Assembly (NCBI RefSeq): GCF_032191835.1
Contig: NC_083224.1
Span: 34,286,001-34,350,000, forward strand
From: Heteronotia binoei
Taxonomy: Eukaryota
Reading direction: 5' to 3'
Length of the DNA stretch: 64,000 nucleotides
Of this stretch, positions 50,835-64,000 are shown in pieces. Each line of letters opens with the position of its first letter. The stretch's first letter is position 1. The notes beneath the pieces are model-generated. The model had not been told where the DNA came from and made no database searches. It saw nothing but the letters and a program-made list of their open reading frames with translations. Both the position numbers and the translations under genes were made by a program.

Positions 50835-53800
50835 GTACGTTACCTTTCATCTTTCTTTAGTGATCTGCTTGTAGCCGCAGAGCTGGGGACTTTCTTGTGT
50901 GTGCAAGGTAGGGCATTGGGATCCACTCCCTTTGCTGGTGTGGCAGCAGAAGTGTTATATGTCTATTGCAGCATTTTCTATTGGTCAGGTCAAGTACAAC
51001 AAAATACTTCTGTTGCTGTCAAAAATATGCACCTGCAAGGTTTGCCCTCCTGCAGGATTTTCTCTTTGGTTGCACTCGCCGTAAGAATTACCTACCTGCC
51101 AGGTTGATATACAGGTATGGGTATGAATATCTGCTGGGTTTTTTTCCCCTTCTGAAAATATCAGTTGGAATTTGAATGCATCGCACTGGTGATCAAGAAC
51201 AGGCTCGTGGCCACTGGTAGCAACTTTCTGTGTTTTGCAGGATATCTGTATAAAGTTAAGATGGGGTCAGATAGATCTCTTTTATGAATTACTCAGTGGA
51301 ACTCACAGAACTGTATTAGTTGCAGTCATTTTCTCCCGAAATCTGAAGGTGAGATGCTTTTGTATATGGACAGGAAGTTTCAACTGATTGTCACTTTTGT
51401 AGTAAAATGTACGAGTCTCTTGTCGAGTGGGAAGTTCTGCATGCAGGCAATAGCTGGTATAGATCCCTTTTAAAAATAAACCAAACTAGAAAACCTGTTC
51501 CTTTCCCAATCAATAATTCAGAAAAAAAAATTCTAAAGGAACATAGGCCATTCCATACACATGCTCTTTTCTCACTTGACAAAAAGCTCAAGGCATTCAG
51601 CACTAATGTTCCCTCTAAGCTGCAGAGTCTTGTGAGCAAAAATTTTACTTTGTGAGCTATTGGTATTAAAGTTGTGAGCTGCTGCATAAATTATTGTGCT
51701 CTGGGGCCATTTTTCCTGAGCTAAGACAAAAATGTGTGAGCTGGAGCCAAAAAATCTGTGAGCTAGCTCACACTAACTCAGTTTAGAGGGAACACTGTTC
51801 AGCACTATAATTCACTCTTCAGAAGAGTTGTGGTTTTTAAGACTCGGAAGCTATGATCCAAAAAAAGATACAGTGGGATAGATGTGTGAGGCTATTTAGC
51901 CCTTCTTGAGGTTTACTTGCTCGCTTCCCTACCCTTTGCTGCTTCCTTACTTGCAAATGAGAAGAAACATTGGCCATAACAGTGTTTCCTTAAAAAGTAA
52001 GAATTGGTGCAGAACCACTCCAGCCATCTGAGGTCTTGAATGTTAGGACTTAAGAAAAAAGCCAGTGTCATCCTTCTGTGTAGAAATACAGTAAAGTTAC
52101 ATGGGGATCTACATGTATGGAGTGCGAATCCTTTCTAAATAGAGGCTCAAATGCTAGAAGTTCAGCTCAGCACTACCAATGAAGACTAGGGGAAAGGACT
52201 TTGCAAAGACCGCTGGGTTTCACTTCCTCTTGTGCAAATTTGTACCTCTGTAATTACCTGCTTCTTTCACAAACTCAACCCTTCAAAGAACAGCAGCCAG
52301 AAATTACCACCTCTCGAGTGCAGTGGCTGTGATTATTACATGTTAACTTGTGTGTGCCAAGCAACATTCATTGCTGGATAAGGACTATCATAGGATGCAG
52401 AGGTGATGCTAATTCAAAGTTGCCTCAATAAACAAAACAAATTCTATTTACAATCCCGCCTTAATGGCTTGGATCCTATGCCATCACTCCTCATGTGCTT
52501 CTTTCTAGCCGCTGCAGACAGTTCTCTCTGCTGAGACACCTGTTTCCTGTGTCACCAGCACTTCCACTTGTGCAAGGACAATGTATGTCAAGGAGCCCTT
52601 ATGTATATGGAAGAGCTGGTGACCAAGCAAGCAAGCATCACAGGGAAGGAAAGCTTCCACAGTGGCCAGAGCGAAGGCCCAGGGGAATGCTGTCACAGAA
52701 TCCAAGCCTTTGTCTCTTGAGTCCCAGCCTCTTTTAACTGGAGATGTAGAGGACTGAACCTGGGACCTTTTGCATGCCAAACAGATGCTCTGCCACTGAG
52801 CCACAGCCCCTTCCCCAATGTTATTTGACTGTGATTTCCTGGCTTGCAAAACGATGTGCATGCGATGGGTGTGATGAACAAACCAGAGAAGGGACAGATC
52901 CATTACATTTTTGTTTGGAATACACATGGTATTCCCTCTCTATATGACTGGCCACCCAATGTCTGTTATGAAAGAGCTGCATCTCTCCAACTGCAGCTGT
53001 GCTCCTGAGTACAAGCTTGACTTTCTCCCAGGTGTAAATTAATGGACTATTCACTCTTACTGGAGAAAGTTAAGGGGTCTGCTTATGGAAGAGAAATCTC
53101 TTTACTGTAGGGTTGCAAAGTCCTCTTCATCCTGGAGTGGGGGACATTCGTGTACCTATTGTACCATAGAGTTTTCTCTCCCAACTGGCTAGAGCATCCA
53201 GGAAAAATCATGGAATTTTCCTGGAAATGCCTAGAGCGGCTGCTATTTGCTGTCATCGGAGCAATGACATCACTTCTGGGTGACATCATCATGCTGCCGA
53301 CATAGGGGAAGGTTCTCGGGAACCTCTCAGGTGGGGGAACCCCTGCCCAGACCAGGGGCTTCGCAGGCCATAGTGATCCCATTCCTTGAGAATCCTTCAT
53401 TCCTAGCCAGTGTGACTCTAAGAGCAGTGATCTCTAATCTGGAGAACCAGGTTTGATTCTCTACTCCTCCACATGAAGTGACCTTGGCCCTTGGGCTGCT
53501 GACCTTGGGCCTGTCATGGATTTCTTGGAATTCTCTCAGCCCCATCTTCCTCACTTAGGTGTCTATTGTGGAGAGAGGAAAGGAAGGAAGCTCCTTAAGG
53601 TAGAGAAAAGCAGGGTATAAAAACCAACTCTTGGCATCAACCCATCTGGGGTTCTGTTTCTAGATCACTTGAAAGACTGATGAAGAGAGATCAACTGTCT
53701 GGCTAACTTCTGGTGTGAGCAGTCTGGATATGTAAACAAAAAAGCGTGCAAGGGTTTATTTTATTTTGATGTCTGTATTACATGGAACGTTCAGGCCTGC

Positions 53801-55013
53801 TGGATCTGAAGATTTGCATTACTTCAAAGCAGTTTATTGGAATAGTTCAAGATACCACTCTAGCTACTTCTTCTTCTTTAGCTATAACTTTAGCTATTGC
53901 CTTTTGGAAGCATACATTTTTGTAATGAGCAACCAAAGTCTTGAAATATCTAGTAGCTGAAAAATCCTGTTACCTTCTTTACAATGGCCAGGTTTCATGA
54001 CAGAAAAAGGAAATACTTCTTTACATGATGAGTGATTAAAATGTGGATGTAGTGATGGCAACACTTTAAAAGGGGATTAGACAGATTCATGGAGGATAGG
54101 TCTGTCAGTGGCTACTAGCCACTGTGACTAAAGGAAACCTCCCTGTTCAGACTAAAGCAGTGAACCTCTGAATCCCAGAGCCAGGAAAGCAACATCAGGG
54201 AAAGGCCTCAGCCTCTATGCCCTGTTGTTGGACCTCCAGAGTAACTGGTTGTCCAGTGTGTCAAGCAGGATGCTGGACTAGATGAACCACGGGTCTGATC
54301 CAGCAGCAGCAGAAGAAGAAGACTGCAGATTTATACCCTGCCTTTCTCTCTGAACCAGAGACTCAGAGTGGCTTACAATCGCCTATATCTTCTCCCCCCA
54401 CAACAAACACCCTGTGAAGTGGGTGGGGCTGAGAGGGCTCTCACAGCAGCTGCCCTTTCAAGGACAACTCCTGCAATAGCTATGGCTAACCCAAGGCCAT
54501 TCCAGCAGGTGGATGTGGAGGAGAAGGGCTCTTCTTATGTTCTCACGTTCATCAGTGAGACAATGGGTGGGCACCAAGCTACGGTTTGGTGCCACCTGCA
54601 GGCACCTGAAACAACCCTTTGGCTCATCTCCTCTCTCCTCCTCTCCTTGACTCCCTCTCTCCCTTCCTGGTTTGAAACTTTACATCTGAGCCAGAAAACT
54701 AAGGCTGGGCTCACTGTCTCAAGCCCAACTGCAAAACACAATCAAACTGCAATTTGCACTTCTGCTTTGCAGGGCAAGCACCAACTTTGGGGTTTTTTTG
54801 TTTGTTTTGTTTTTGCTGATCAGGAGGTCACAAGCAGCTGTGGTTTGTGGTAAACCGGAAGGGCTGAAAAAAGGGGATCACTATAGTCCTCTGCAGACAT
54901 CCCATCCATGTGGTCACTCTCTGCAAGGAGGGAGACCAGGCCTGAGCATGTCACCTCCATGAAATTGCTGACTGGTCTGCATGAGGAAGATGCATGGAGG
55001 AAATACCAATATT

Positions 55014-55190
55014 CAGGGCTTTTTTGTAGTAGGAACTCCTTTGCATATTAGACCACACACCCCTAATGTAGCCAATCCTCCAAGAACTTACAGGGCTCTT
55101 TATACAGGGCTGACTGTAAGCTCCAGGGGGAGTGGCTATATCAGGGGTGTGGCCTAATATGCAAAGGAGTTCCTGCTACAAAAAGGCCTG
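55014..55190. mobile_element. hAT MITE family A
   Basis: Palindromic; TSD ccaatatt/cctatatg. Confidence 0.82.
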
Positions 55191-57439
55191 CCTATATGCA
55201 CACCCAGCAATATTCATGGGAAGGGCATAATGTGCTGACACTTCCTCCATGCTTTTGCCCAGTGCAGACCAGACTGCATGGAGACAGGGGGCGTGGCTAA
55301 CATGCTCCACCCCTCTCTCCTTCCCCACATGGTTAAGTGCCTATGCAGATGGGACATATTTCTAGGCTAGTGTATATGGGACCAAAGGGGTTGCAACTCT
55401 ACATATTATTCCAGTCTTATTCGCGTCACTCCAACCATGTATTGGCAATATGTTTTTACTGAGTCACTGTATAAACTGGGTAGTAAAACATGATACACCA
55501 CAGTGACACATCCTGTTAATTAACACATATAGCACATTGGAGCAGAGCGTATTTGGTGTAAGTAGAGTTCCTACCTGCAAGTTCATCTTGGATACACTGT
55601 GAACAGCAGCTGCCGGTTCCTCCCTCCCCGCCCCATCCTCAACTCAGACTATCAATGATTTAAATATATTCCTCAGTTTCTCAAAGACAGCTGCAGTTTT
55701 CAGTTTGCCAAAAGATAATGGTTTCTTTTTAGCAGAAAGAGTTGTAAGTGGTATGATAAAGCAGTCGTTGATGTGCTTCAAAAATCCATAAAACCTATTT
55801 TAATCAGAGAAGATAAAGAAATAATAGAAATGTATGCATACCATTGGCAACAATAGCTGCACCAGACCGTTTTCAGCTCTCTAGAAAAGTATTGTCTGAT
55901 CCTAGCCTATATCAACTCTTCTTCAAACAGTGGCAATTTTTTTAAAAAAATCCATTTGGTCACTGGTGGGATTTAGAATGAGTTCTCTAGACTTATGAAA
56001 TTCATGTAGAAGGCTCCCTCCTGCAAACAGGATATCTGGAAGGAAGTCTTTATAGCCTGTGGGCGATATGAAGCAATTGTAGTTCTAGGAACAGAGTATT
56101 AAAATGACCATGTTAGCCCAACCCCATTAAAATCCACTGCATATGTCTCATATGACATACAGGAGCTAGTGTGTAGTACAATTTAAACCCAACAAACAAA
56201 CCAGTCCCACATAAATACTTTGCCTCATTCATACCTGCCAGCACTTCAAACACAAGAACTTTCAGACCTAATCTTTGAACTCCCAAAGCTCCACCCCAAA
56301 CTCTGTCTAAAGCTCTGAAATTTGACACAACATCTGGTGCTCGATTATCACTTTCCATGTTTTGAATGGCACTGAAGAACGTATCTGTTGATATTTTAGA
56401 TTGTGAGCCACTAGGCAAGGTCTTCTGCTTCTAATTGTAAATCACTGAGTAGCGGGCATTGTTGAAATGAAACAGAATAAGTATGGGTTGTCCTTCAGGT
56501 GGGGCCTAGAGACCTCCTGAGATTCCAGGCACTCTCCAGGCAACAGAAATCAGTTCCCCTGGGGGAAAAATGGCTGATTTGGAGGGTGGACTCTATGGCA
56601 TTATATCCTGCTAAGGTATGGCATTATAGAAGAAGATATTGGATTTATATCCCGCCCTCCACTCCGAAGAGTCTCAGAGTGGCTCATAATCTCCTTTACC
56701 TTCCTCCCCCACAACAGACACCCTGTGAGGTGGGCGGGACTGGAGAGGGCTTTCACAGCAGCTGCCCTTTCAAGGACAACCTCTGCCAGAGCTATGGCTG
56801 ACCCAAGGCCGTGCTAGCAGGTGCAAGTGGAGGAGTGGGGAATCAAACCTGGTTCTCCCAGATAAGAGTCCGCACACTTAACCACTACACCAAACTGGTT
56901 CTCCATACACCATATGGCATACCTGACCTCCCCAAGCCCCACCCTTCCTGGGCTGTACCTCCAAAATCTCCAGGAATTTCCTAACCCAGAGCTGGCAACC
57001 CTGGTTGGATCTTACCAGTCTGATCCAACTCTGCGAGTTCAGTTCAAAAAGAATAAAAGTTAGCAATTCACAAGCAAACAAAGTGTTCTATGGTTAAGAG
57101 ATGTATTATGTCAGTCAGGAACTTTTGCATGCTGATCCTGAGCTACAAATTTCTAGGCCTTACATCTGGCAAAGCCAGCGGTCATTTTGTAGAAAAATAG
57201 GTGGTGGAACTCATCCAGGGATTGTTATGCAGCTGCACATATTATTCAGTGGACAAGGAGGTGGAACTCTCAGAAAGGTTCAGGAGCTGCACTCCTGTGA
57301 GCTCCCACAGAATCTGAGGCCTGGGCAAAACTATGCCTAAAGGTTTATGAACAATGCCTGGTGAAATAACAGATGCCTAAGAGGAAACTAAATGAGATTC
57401 TAGAGGACCAAAGTGACAGAGCTTCCGAGTTTGTGAATC

Positions 57440-57950
57440 TAGGGTTGCCAATCCCCAGCTGAGGGCAGGAGATACCCCAGTTTGGAGGCCCTCCCCCCAC
57501 TTCAGGGTCATCAGAAAGCGGGGGTGGTGGTGGAAGGAAATGTCTGCTGGGCACTCCATTATTCCCTATGAAGACCAGTTTCCATAGGGTATAATGGAGA
57601 ATTGATTTGCAGGTATCTGTGGGTCTGAGGGGACTGTTTTTTGAGGTAGAGACACCAAATTTGCAACATAACATCCAGTGCTTCTCCCCAAAAGACCCTC
57701 CAGATTTCAAAAAGATTGGACCAGGGGGTCCAATAATATGAGCCCCAAAAGAAGGTGCCCCTATCCATCATTATTTCCAACGGAGGGAAGGCATTTAAAA
57801 GGTGTGCAGTCCCTTTAAATGTGATGTCCAGAACTCCCTTTGGAGTTCAATGATGCTTGTCATAACCTTGCTCCTGGCTCCACCCCCAGTGTATCCTGGC
57901 TCCACCCCCAAAGTCCCCAGATATTCCTTGAATTGGACTTGGCAGCCCTA
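57440..57950. mobile_element. hAT non-autonomous element (tagggttgccaa TIR)
   Basis: TIRs; TSD tgtgaatc/tgtatatc. Confidence 0.85.
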
Positions 57951-58232
57951 TGTATATCTCTATTCCAACCTCTACCCTCCATAGTTAGTAAAAGAAGATT
58001 AAATTTAGCAAAATTAAGACAGATTGCATGACATTGTAGAACACATCTTTTCTTGAAGCAGACTTTGACATACCATGCTATAAATTTTTAAATGCAAAAC
58101 AGAGCTCAGACTTCAGCCTACTTCATCATATGTGCAAATGGGCCTACAGGGTTTTTTTTTTAATGGCTATGCAAGACTCCAGAATAATCATACTTAATCT
58201 CTCAATCTCTCTTTCTCTCTCTCCTTCAACAG

Positions 58233-58313
58233 AGCCCCAAGCGGATGTCTGACGCAGAAGTCCAAACAGATCCAGTGTCTTTTGTGTCTGCTGCTCCTGT
58301 GAAACCCAAGTAA
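58233..58313 (+). CDS. BCAS1: BCAS1 last coding exon SPKRMSDAEVQTDPVSFVSAAPVKPK*
   Basis: Long CT tract plus caacag|AGC; matches mammalian GPKRMSDAQVQTDPVS. Contains a VQT-type dynein light chain LC8 motif; stop TAA followed by TAA TGA. Confidence 0.96.
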   Translation, partial: SPKRMSDAEVQTDPVSFVSAAPVKPK

Positions 58314-58716
58314 TAATGAATCCTCTACAGCTACTGAAGAATTACTGGATCCTGATCATTTCTTAACCTTGCAGAGAAAAGAAATGACTTCCTGGTTTGG
58401 TTCCTCTCTCCCTTCCACTCCGCTTTCAGATGCCTGCTGCCAAACAAATGCTAGGCCTAAAGCAGAAAACAGGCGTACATTTTGAAACCATCCTTTACAG
58501 AATGTTTTCTTTAAAAGACTAGTAAATAACGAAAAGGTCTCTTAGAAACAATGAGTGTTCTGCAAGAGTGAATGAATGATGGAAGGGTTGGATTAATGAA
58601 AAAGGGAAGGCTTCCAGAGTCATCCCTTGACCGTATAAAACCTGGGACCTTTTTAAATTTAAAAAAAAATCACAATTTTAAGGTACGGGTTTATATTCCC
58701 ACATTTGGTTTGAACC

Positions 58717-58901
58717 CAGGACCGGATCTACATGGGTTTTTTTGGGGGGGGGGGAATTTAAAAATGACGCCCCTTTATGGGCCATTCTATCTTATGGGCC
58801 CATAGAATATAATGGACTTCATACCCAATTTGGCGCCCCTCCTCCGTCGGCGCCCGGGGCAAGCACCCCCTCTCTTGCCCCCCCTCCAAGATCCGGCCCT
58901 G
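58717..58901. mobile_element. hAT-like MITE in the probable 3'UTR
   Basis: TIR caggaccggatct/agatccggccctg; TSD tttgaacc/cttgaacc. Confidence 0.85.
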
Positions 58902-59464
58902 CTTGAACCTACCCTCTTATGACAACAAAATCCCCACGCCCAGACCTTGAATTCAGCAGAAGCTCCCAGGAGTGCAGCTTCTGAATCTTTCTGAGAGTTC
59001 CCCCTCTTCCTCCCAACCTACCTTGTCCATTGAATAGTAGGTACAGCTGCATAACAATCCCTGGATGAGCTCCACCACCTGTTTTTCTACAAAATGACCC
59101 CTGCCATGCCCCATTCCTGTATGGTTACCACCAAACTCTCGGCTTACCAAATGCCAGTGCATATTCCATTAAGTCAAACTTGTGGTTGCCAACTGTCGTG
59201 GGGAAAAAATGTCTTGGCCCGTTACCTGTGTAGCAATGGGCAGCTGAATCTTTTCATGACATGGAGGTAAATAATGTGTCCTTGGTAAATCCCATTAAGT
59301 CTTTATTAAAGGGACAGGACCTCTCCCCTCCCTCCCCCCCCCAATGCCACTTGGCAACCCTAGTTAGAAATATGACTGGTTCATCATCTCAAGTTTGGGA
59401 AGTTCTGTGGTTCAGCTAGTGGATTTAATGTACACCTAATTTGCACATTCATAATCTATGTATT

Positions 59465-59655
59465 CGGGGGGGGGGGGGGCATTGTAGCAGGAACATCTTT
59501 GCATATTAGGCCACACACACCCCTAATGTGGCCAATCCTCCTGGAGCTTACAGGGCTCTTAGTACAGGGCCTACTGTAAGCTCCAGGAGGACTGGCTACA
59601 TCAGGGGTGTGTGGCCTAATATGCAAAGGAGTTCCTACTACAAAAAAAAGCCCTG
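59465..59655. mobile_element. hAT MITE family A in the probable 3'UTR
   Basis: Perfect TSD tatgtatt; left TIR replaced by a G-run. Confidence 0.85.
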
Positions 59656-60071
59656 TATGTATTAATTGGTAAAGTATATCCTATACAAGTAATGTCTCCA
59701 TGATTTGTGGGGTTAAGGTCTCACAGACCCAGCTGTGCCTTATCTTTCTCCCCCAGCCCTCAAATTCTCATATAAACATGCAGTTGACTTAAAACAAGTC
59801 CACTGTTTTCCTGCTTATTAATAATCCTCGCAATGGACTGCATCCCTTTAACCTGGACTCATGATATAGAAGTAGAGCCTGCAGTTCTCCCTGAATTCCA
59901 ACAGATCTCCAGGCTACAGAGGTTAGTTCAGAGGGTGGACTCCATGGGATCACATCACTGCTGAGCAACCTTCCCTCCTCCAAACCCTGCCCTCCCCAGG
60001 CTCCACCCCCAAAATTTACAGGAATTTCCGAACCAGGAGCTCGCAATCCCCTTTCATGGATTTAGGGTAGC

Positions 60072-60240
60072 CAGGGGTGGAATTCTAGCAGGAGCTCCTT
60101 TGTATATTAGGCAACATCCCCTGATGTAGCCAATCCTCCAAGAGTTTTCCAGGCTATTTTAGTAAGCTCTTGGAGGATTGGCTAGATCAGAGGGGTGTGG
60201 CCTAATATGCAAAGGAGCTCCTGCTAGAATTCCATCTCTG
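60072..60240. mobile_element. hAT MITE family A variant in the probable 3'UTR
   Basis: Perfect TSD agggtagc. Confidence 0.9.
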
Positions 60241-62141
60241 AGGGTAGCTATGAGGATGCAGTCACGCTTGAAGGGGCAATTAAGAGGTATGGATTCCTTC
60301 ATTGCTATTGACAGAAAGACAAGCATACCGGGGGATGACTCTAGGAAAAAATGCTCAAACGTGGCATTTGCAATGCTCAGCAAAATTGTGAACTGGAGAC
60401 TCAGTTCTTTCTTCCACTGACCACACAAAACTGCTTTATACCATATCAGGACCCTGATGCATGCAACTCAGAACTGGCTTCTCTTAGACAGCGGCTCTCC
60501 AGTGTCCCAGCAAAGATCTTTCCTGCCGTTATCTAAAACCCTTTAACTCAAGAGCCAAGAGATTGAATGTGCGTGTTTTGTTTGTGAAGCATCTGCTTGG
60601 TCTTTGACACTTAGGCCTGTTTTAAGGACCCCGATGAAGCAAATAACTGGGGGAAGGGGTGGACATAAATTGTAGCTTCACAGGACCAATGTGGCATTAA
60701 ACTAACAGGTTTTAAGAGTTCTCCAAGATAAGAAAGGGAACCAGGTTTTTTTTATTGTTAAAGGCTTGTGATAGGAAGGAAGACAAGAACAACTGCAGAG
60801 ATTTGAAGAAGCCATCAAAATCACCTTCTGAAAAGCTATACACTGAAATGATTTTTTTTAAGTGGGTGGTTTTAAAAGATTATAAATACAGAATCATCAT
60901 CTTTTAAGATATGCTTCAGTTTTGCTCTCAAGCTATTAATATTATTCAAAGGCTGAAATGTACAGAGTTTATAATTCATCTGTTTCTTCCTCGATGTAGT
61001 AAAATGGGAGAAATTAACTTCTTGCAGGGAGAGTAATTAAAGTATTAACAAAAAAGCAACACAAGGGGGCAGACCTGATCTCCTTTTTTCTTACTAATTC
61101 AGAGGGTGTATCTACTTTTGTGTTACTAATTATTTTTTCTATCTTGAGGAGATGGAACAGTTCCACAGGCAGGTTTTTTTTTTTTGTAATGTATGTCTGT
61201 GATTAAAGCTTTCTTTTAAAAAAAAATCCACCAAATCCTAAGACTGGGCACAACTGTACCAGCTTTATGAAGATCCTGTGACTTGGAAGTCTGATAACAT
61301 TGATAGAAAATCCAGAGATCTGCATTAATGTAACAGGGAGGGAGAATGACTAATGCTATAATTCAAAGCTAGCATCTGAACTCTAGATGAGTGTATATTT
61401 TGATTTCCTTCTGATTCAATAAACATTCGGTAAGAAAAACTCATTTGCATTCTCAGTCTCTAATGATAGTCGTCATTCATTCTTGCTGTACTTTAATGAT
61501 AGGTTATGTGTGCAAGAACACTATTTGTTACATAAGGGCAATATTATACAAGCGCATATGCTCACATGCATTTGCAGAACGCTTGGGGGAGAACCAGACT
61601 CTGAAGAGAAGAGGCTGAGGAGATTGGATTTATACCCTGCCCTTCACTTGGAGTCTCAGAACAGCTTACAGTCTCCTTCCCTTCCTCTCCCCACAACAGA
61701 TACCCTGTGAGAGAGATGGGTCAGAGAGGTCTTTCAAGTACTGGTCTTGAGAGAACAGTTCTGAGAGAACAGTGACTGATCCAAGGTCACCCAGCAGCTG
61801 CATGTGGAGGAGCGGGGAATCAAAACCAGTTCTCCAGGTTACAGTCCACCGCTCTTAACCACTACACCAAACTGGCTTTCTGTACAGATACCACAGTGAA
61901 ACCATGGTTTATGTTAACTATAGTTCATTTGTAAAACAAGGTTTCAGCTCACTAATAAGAACATAAGAGAAGCTATGTTGGATCAGGCCAATGGCCCATC
62001 TAGTCCAACACTCCGTGTCACACAATGGCCAAAAAACCCAGGTACCATCAGGAGGACCATCAGCGGGGTCAGGACACTAGAAGGTCCTCACACTGTTGCC
62101 CCTCCCAAGCACCAAGAATACAGAGTATCACTTGCCCCAGA

Positions 62142-62340
62142 CAGAGGCTTTTTTTGTAGGAAAAAGCCCAGCAGGAACTCATTTGCATATTAGGCCACCT
62201 CCCTGACATCACCATTGTTTCACACAGGGCTTTTTGTAGGAAAAGCCCACCAGGACCTCATTTGCATATTAGGCCACACACCCTGGCACCAAGCCAGCCA
62301 GAACTGTGTTCCTGTGCATTCCAGCTCAAAAAAAGCCCTA
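62142..62340. mobile_element. hAT MITE family B
   Basis: Family B subterminal repeats with two ATTTGCAT octamers. Confidence 0.8.
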
Positions 62341-63118
62341 GTTCCAACAATATACACTCGTCCTGGTTTGCCTTGATGGATGCTGGTTTCATAACTTGTA
62401 CTCTAGCCCAGTGTCTCTGTAGTGGAGGAAGAGGTGGCAAGAAACAAATCAAAATTAAACCAGGACTATATGTCCTTTATTGTTGCACAATGGTTGGTTT
62501 TTGTTTTTTCTTTCATATGTTTTTTTTTTTTTTACAAAATTTCAATAAATATTTAACTTGCGGAGAGGGGGATTGAACCAGGACATAACGTGACACTTAA
62601 CCCTGAGAAAATGGAGCTGCTTCTGAGGTGGCCCTGACCTGGGTGTAGGGTTGCCAAACTCCATGTGGGGCCTGGATATCTCCCAGAATTACAACTAATT
62701 TCCAGGCAACAAAGATCAGTTTCCCCTGGAGAAAACAGCCGCTTTGTGGGGTGGATTTTATGACATTATACCCTTTCTTCTCCAAACCCTGCCCTCCCCA
62801 GGCTCCACCCCCATAAATCTCCAGGTATTTCCCAACCCAGAGCTAGCAGCCCCACCTGGATGGCCTAGGCTAGCCTGATCTCATCAGATCTTAGAAGCTA
62901 AGCAGAATTGGCCATGGCTAGTATTTGGATGGGAGACCGCCAAAGAAGTTCAGGGTTGCTATGCAGAAGCAGGCAATGGCAAACCACTTCTGAACATCTC
63001 TTGCCTTGAAAACCCTATGGGGTCGCCATAAGACAGCTGTGACTTGACAGCATGTTCCACCACTACTGGTAGGTGGGTTGCCAACCTTTGGGTTGGGATA
63101 TTCCTGGAGAATTGGAGG

Positions 63119-63911
63119 TAGGCTTCCCAACCCTCCTGCCCTGGCGGGGGACCCCCCGAATTTTCAGCCTCCTCCCCCGCTCTTAAAAAATCTGGGGGCA
63201 GGGGGAGAGAGAACATACCTGTAGGCATCATGTTGTTTTACAGCTTGGGATCCGTTTTTAATGTGTCCCTTTAAGGCTGCACAGGAAACAGGAACGGTCC
63301 CTCCCTTTCTTTTCCTGTGCAGCTTGCTTTCGTTTTCATAGCGAGCAAATTCTGCTGGAAGAAGACCAAGTAGGTAAGTATTTGTATGTGTGTGTGTGAG
63401 TGAGAGAGAGAGAGGGAGGGAGAAGGGAGGGGGGATTCCCTGGTATGGAGGCCCCCCCCTTTAGAAAGCGTGGGGGGGAATGTCTACTAGGCTCTATTAT
63501 TCCCTATGGAGAACGATTCCCATAGAGAATAATAGGGAATTGATCCATGGGTATTGGGGGCTCTGGGGGGGGCTATTTTTTGAGTTAGAGGCACCAGATT
63601 TTTAGTATAGCGGCTAGTGCCTCTCCCCAAAATACCCCCCAAGTTTCAAAAATATTGGACCAGAGGGTCCAATTCTATGAGCCCCAAAAGATGGTGCCCC
63701 TATTCTTAATTATTTCCTATGGAAGAAAGGCATTTAAAAAGGCATGCTGTCCCTTTAAATGTGATGGCCAGAACTCCCTTGGAGTTCAATTATGCTTGTC
63801 ACATCCTTGTTCCTGGATCCACCCCCAATGTCTCCTGGCTCCACCCCCAAAGTCTCCTGGCTCCGCCCCCAAAGTCTCCAGATTTTTCTTTAATTGGACT
63901 TGGCAACCCTA
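63119..63911. mobile_element. hAT non-autonomous element nested in a smaller tagggttgcc-type MITE
   Basis: Perfect 8-bp TSD attggagg. Confidence 0.9.
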
Positions 63912-64000
63912 ATTGGAGGTAGAATGCAGAGGGGACAGGCCTCTGTGTACTGTCATGCCAGAGTCCACCGTTTTTTTTATTTTTGATAAGTTTTTAATAT

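Larger units (their letters stand above)
58314..61440 (+). other. BCAS1: Probable BCAS1 3'UTR, ending near poly(A) signal AATAAA at 61418-61423 (alternative ATTAAA at 61202-61207)
   Basis: AT-rich, repeat-poor segment 60700-61430 with upstream TGTA motifs and AATAAA; the 3' end is inferred. Confidence 0.5.

Noticed and set aside
1981-62340. Recurring ORFs with MHIRPH / WPNMQRSSCYKK peptides
   Set aside because: Chance translations of palindromic MITE copies, not a gene family or a CRISPR-like array.

Overview
Squamate genomic DNA, most likely a gecko judging by the SINE and MITE families. The + strand carries most of BCAS1, the myelin-associated breast carcinoma amplified sequence 1 gene. 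I traced 10 coding exons (1739 nt), from the large exon at 4635-5206 to the stop at 58311-58313; one of them (36 nt) is a candidate. The start exon(s) lie upstream of the window. A probable ~3.1 kb 3'UTR ends near AATAAA at 61418. The introns are densely filled with transposons: many hAT MITEs with verifiable 8-bp TSDs, palindromic Harbinger-like MITEs, Squam3/MIR, Sauria, tRNA-Ala and 5S-derived SINEs, CR1, L2, Bov-B and Penelope fragments, a young stop-free CR1 RT fragment, and a probable solo LTR. There is an assembly gap at about 45462-45607. I found no convincing wholly new system. The best leads are: a GC-AG donor coupled to a possible intronic poly(A) isoform; an exon-terminal repeated phi-x-x-F-F/L-K/R motif on all-phase-0 exons; candidate microexons and an alternative last exon; an antisense solo LTR aimed at an intact CR1 RT fragment; QKI-type elements in the distal 3'UTR; and several hairpin structures. 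Mammalian BCAS1 comparisons and repeat family names come from memory, not from database searches.
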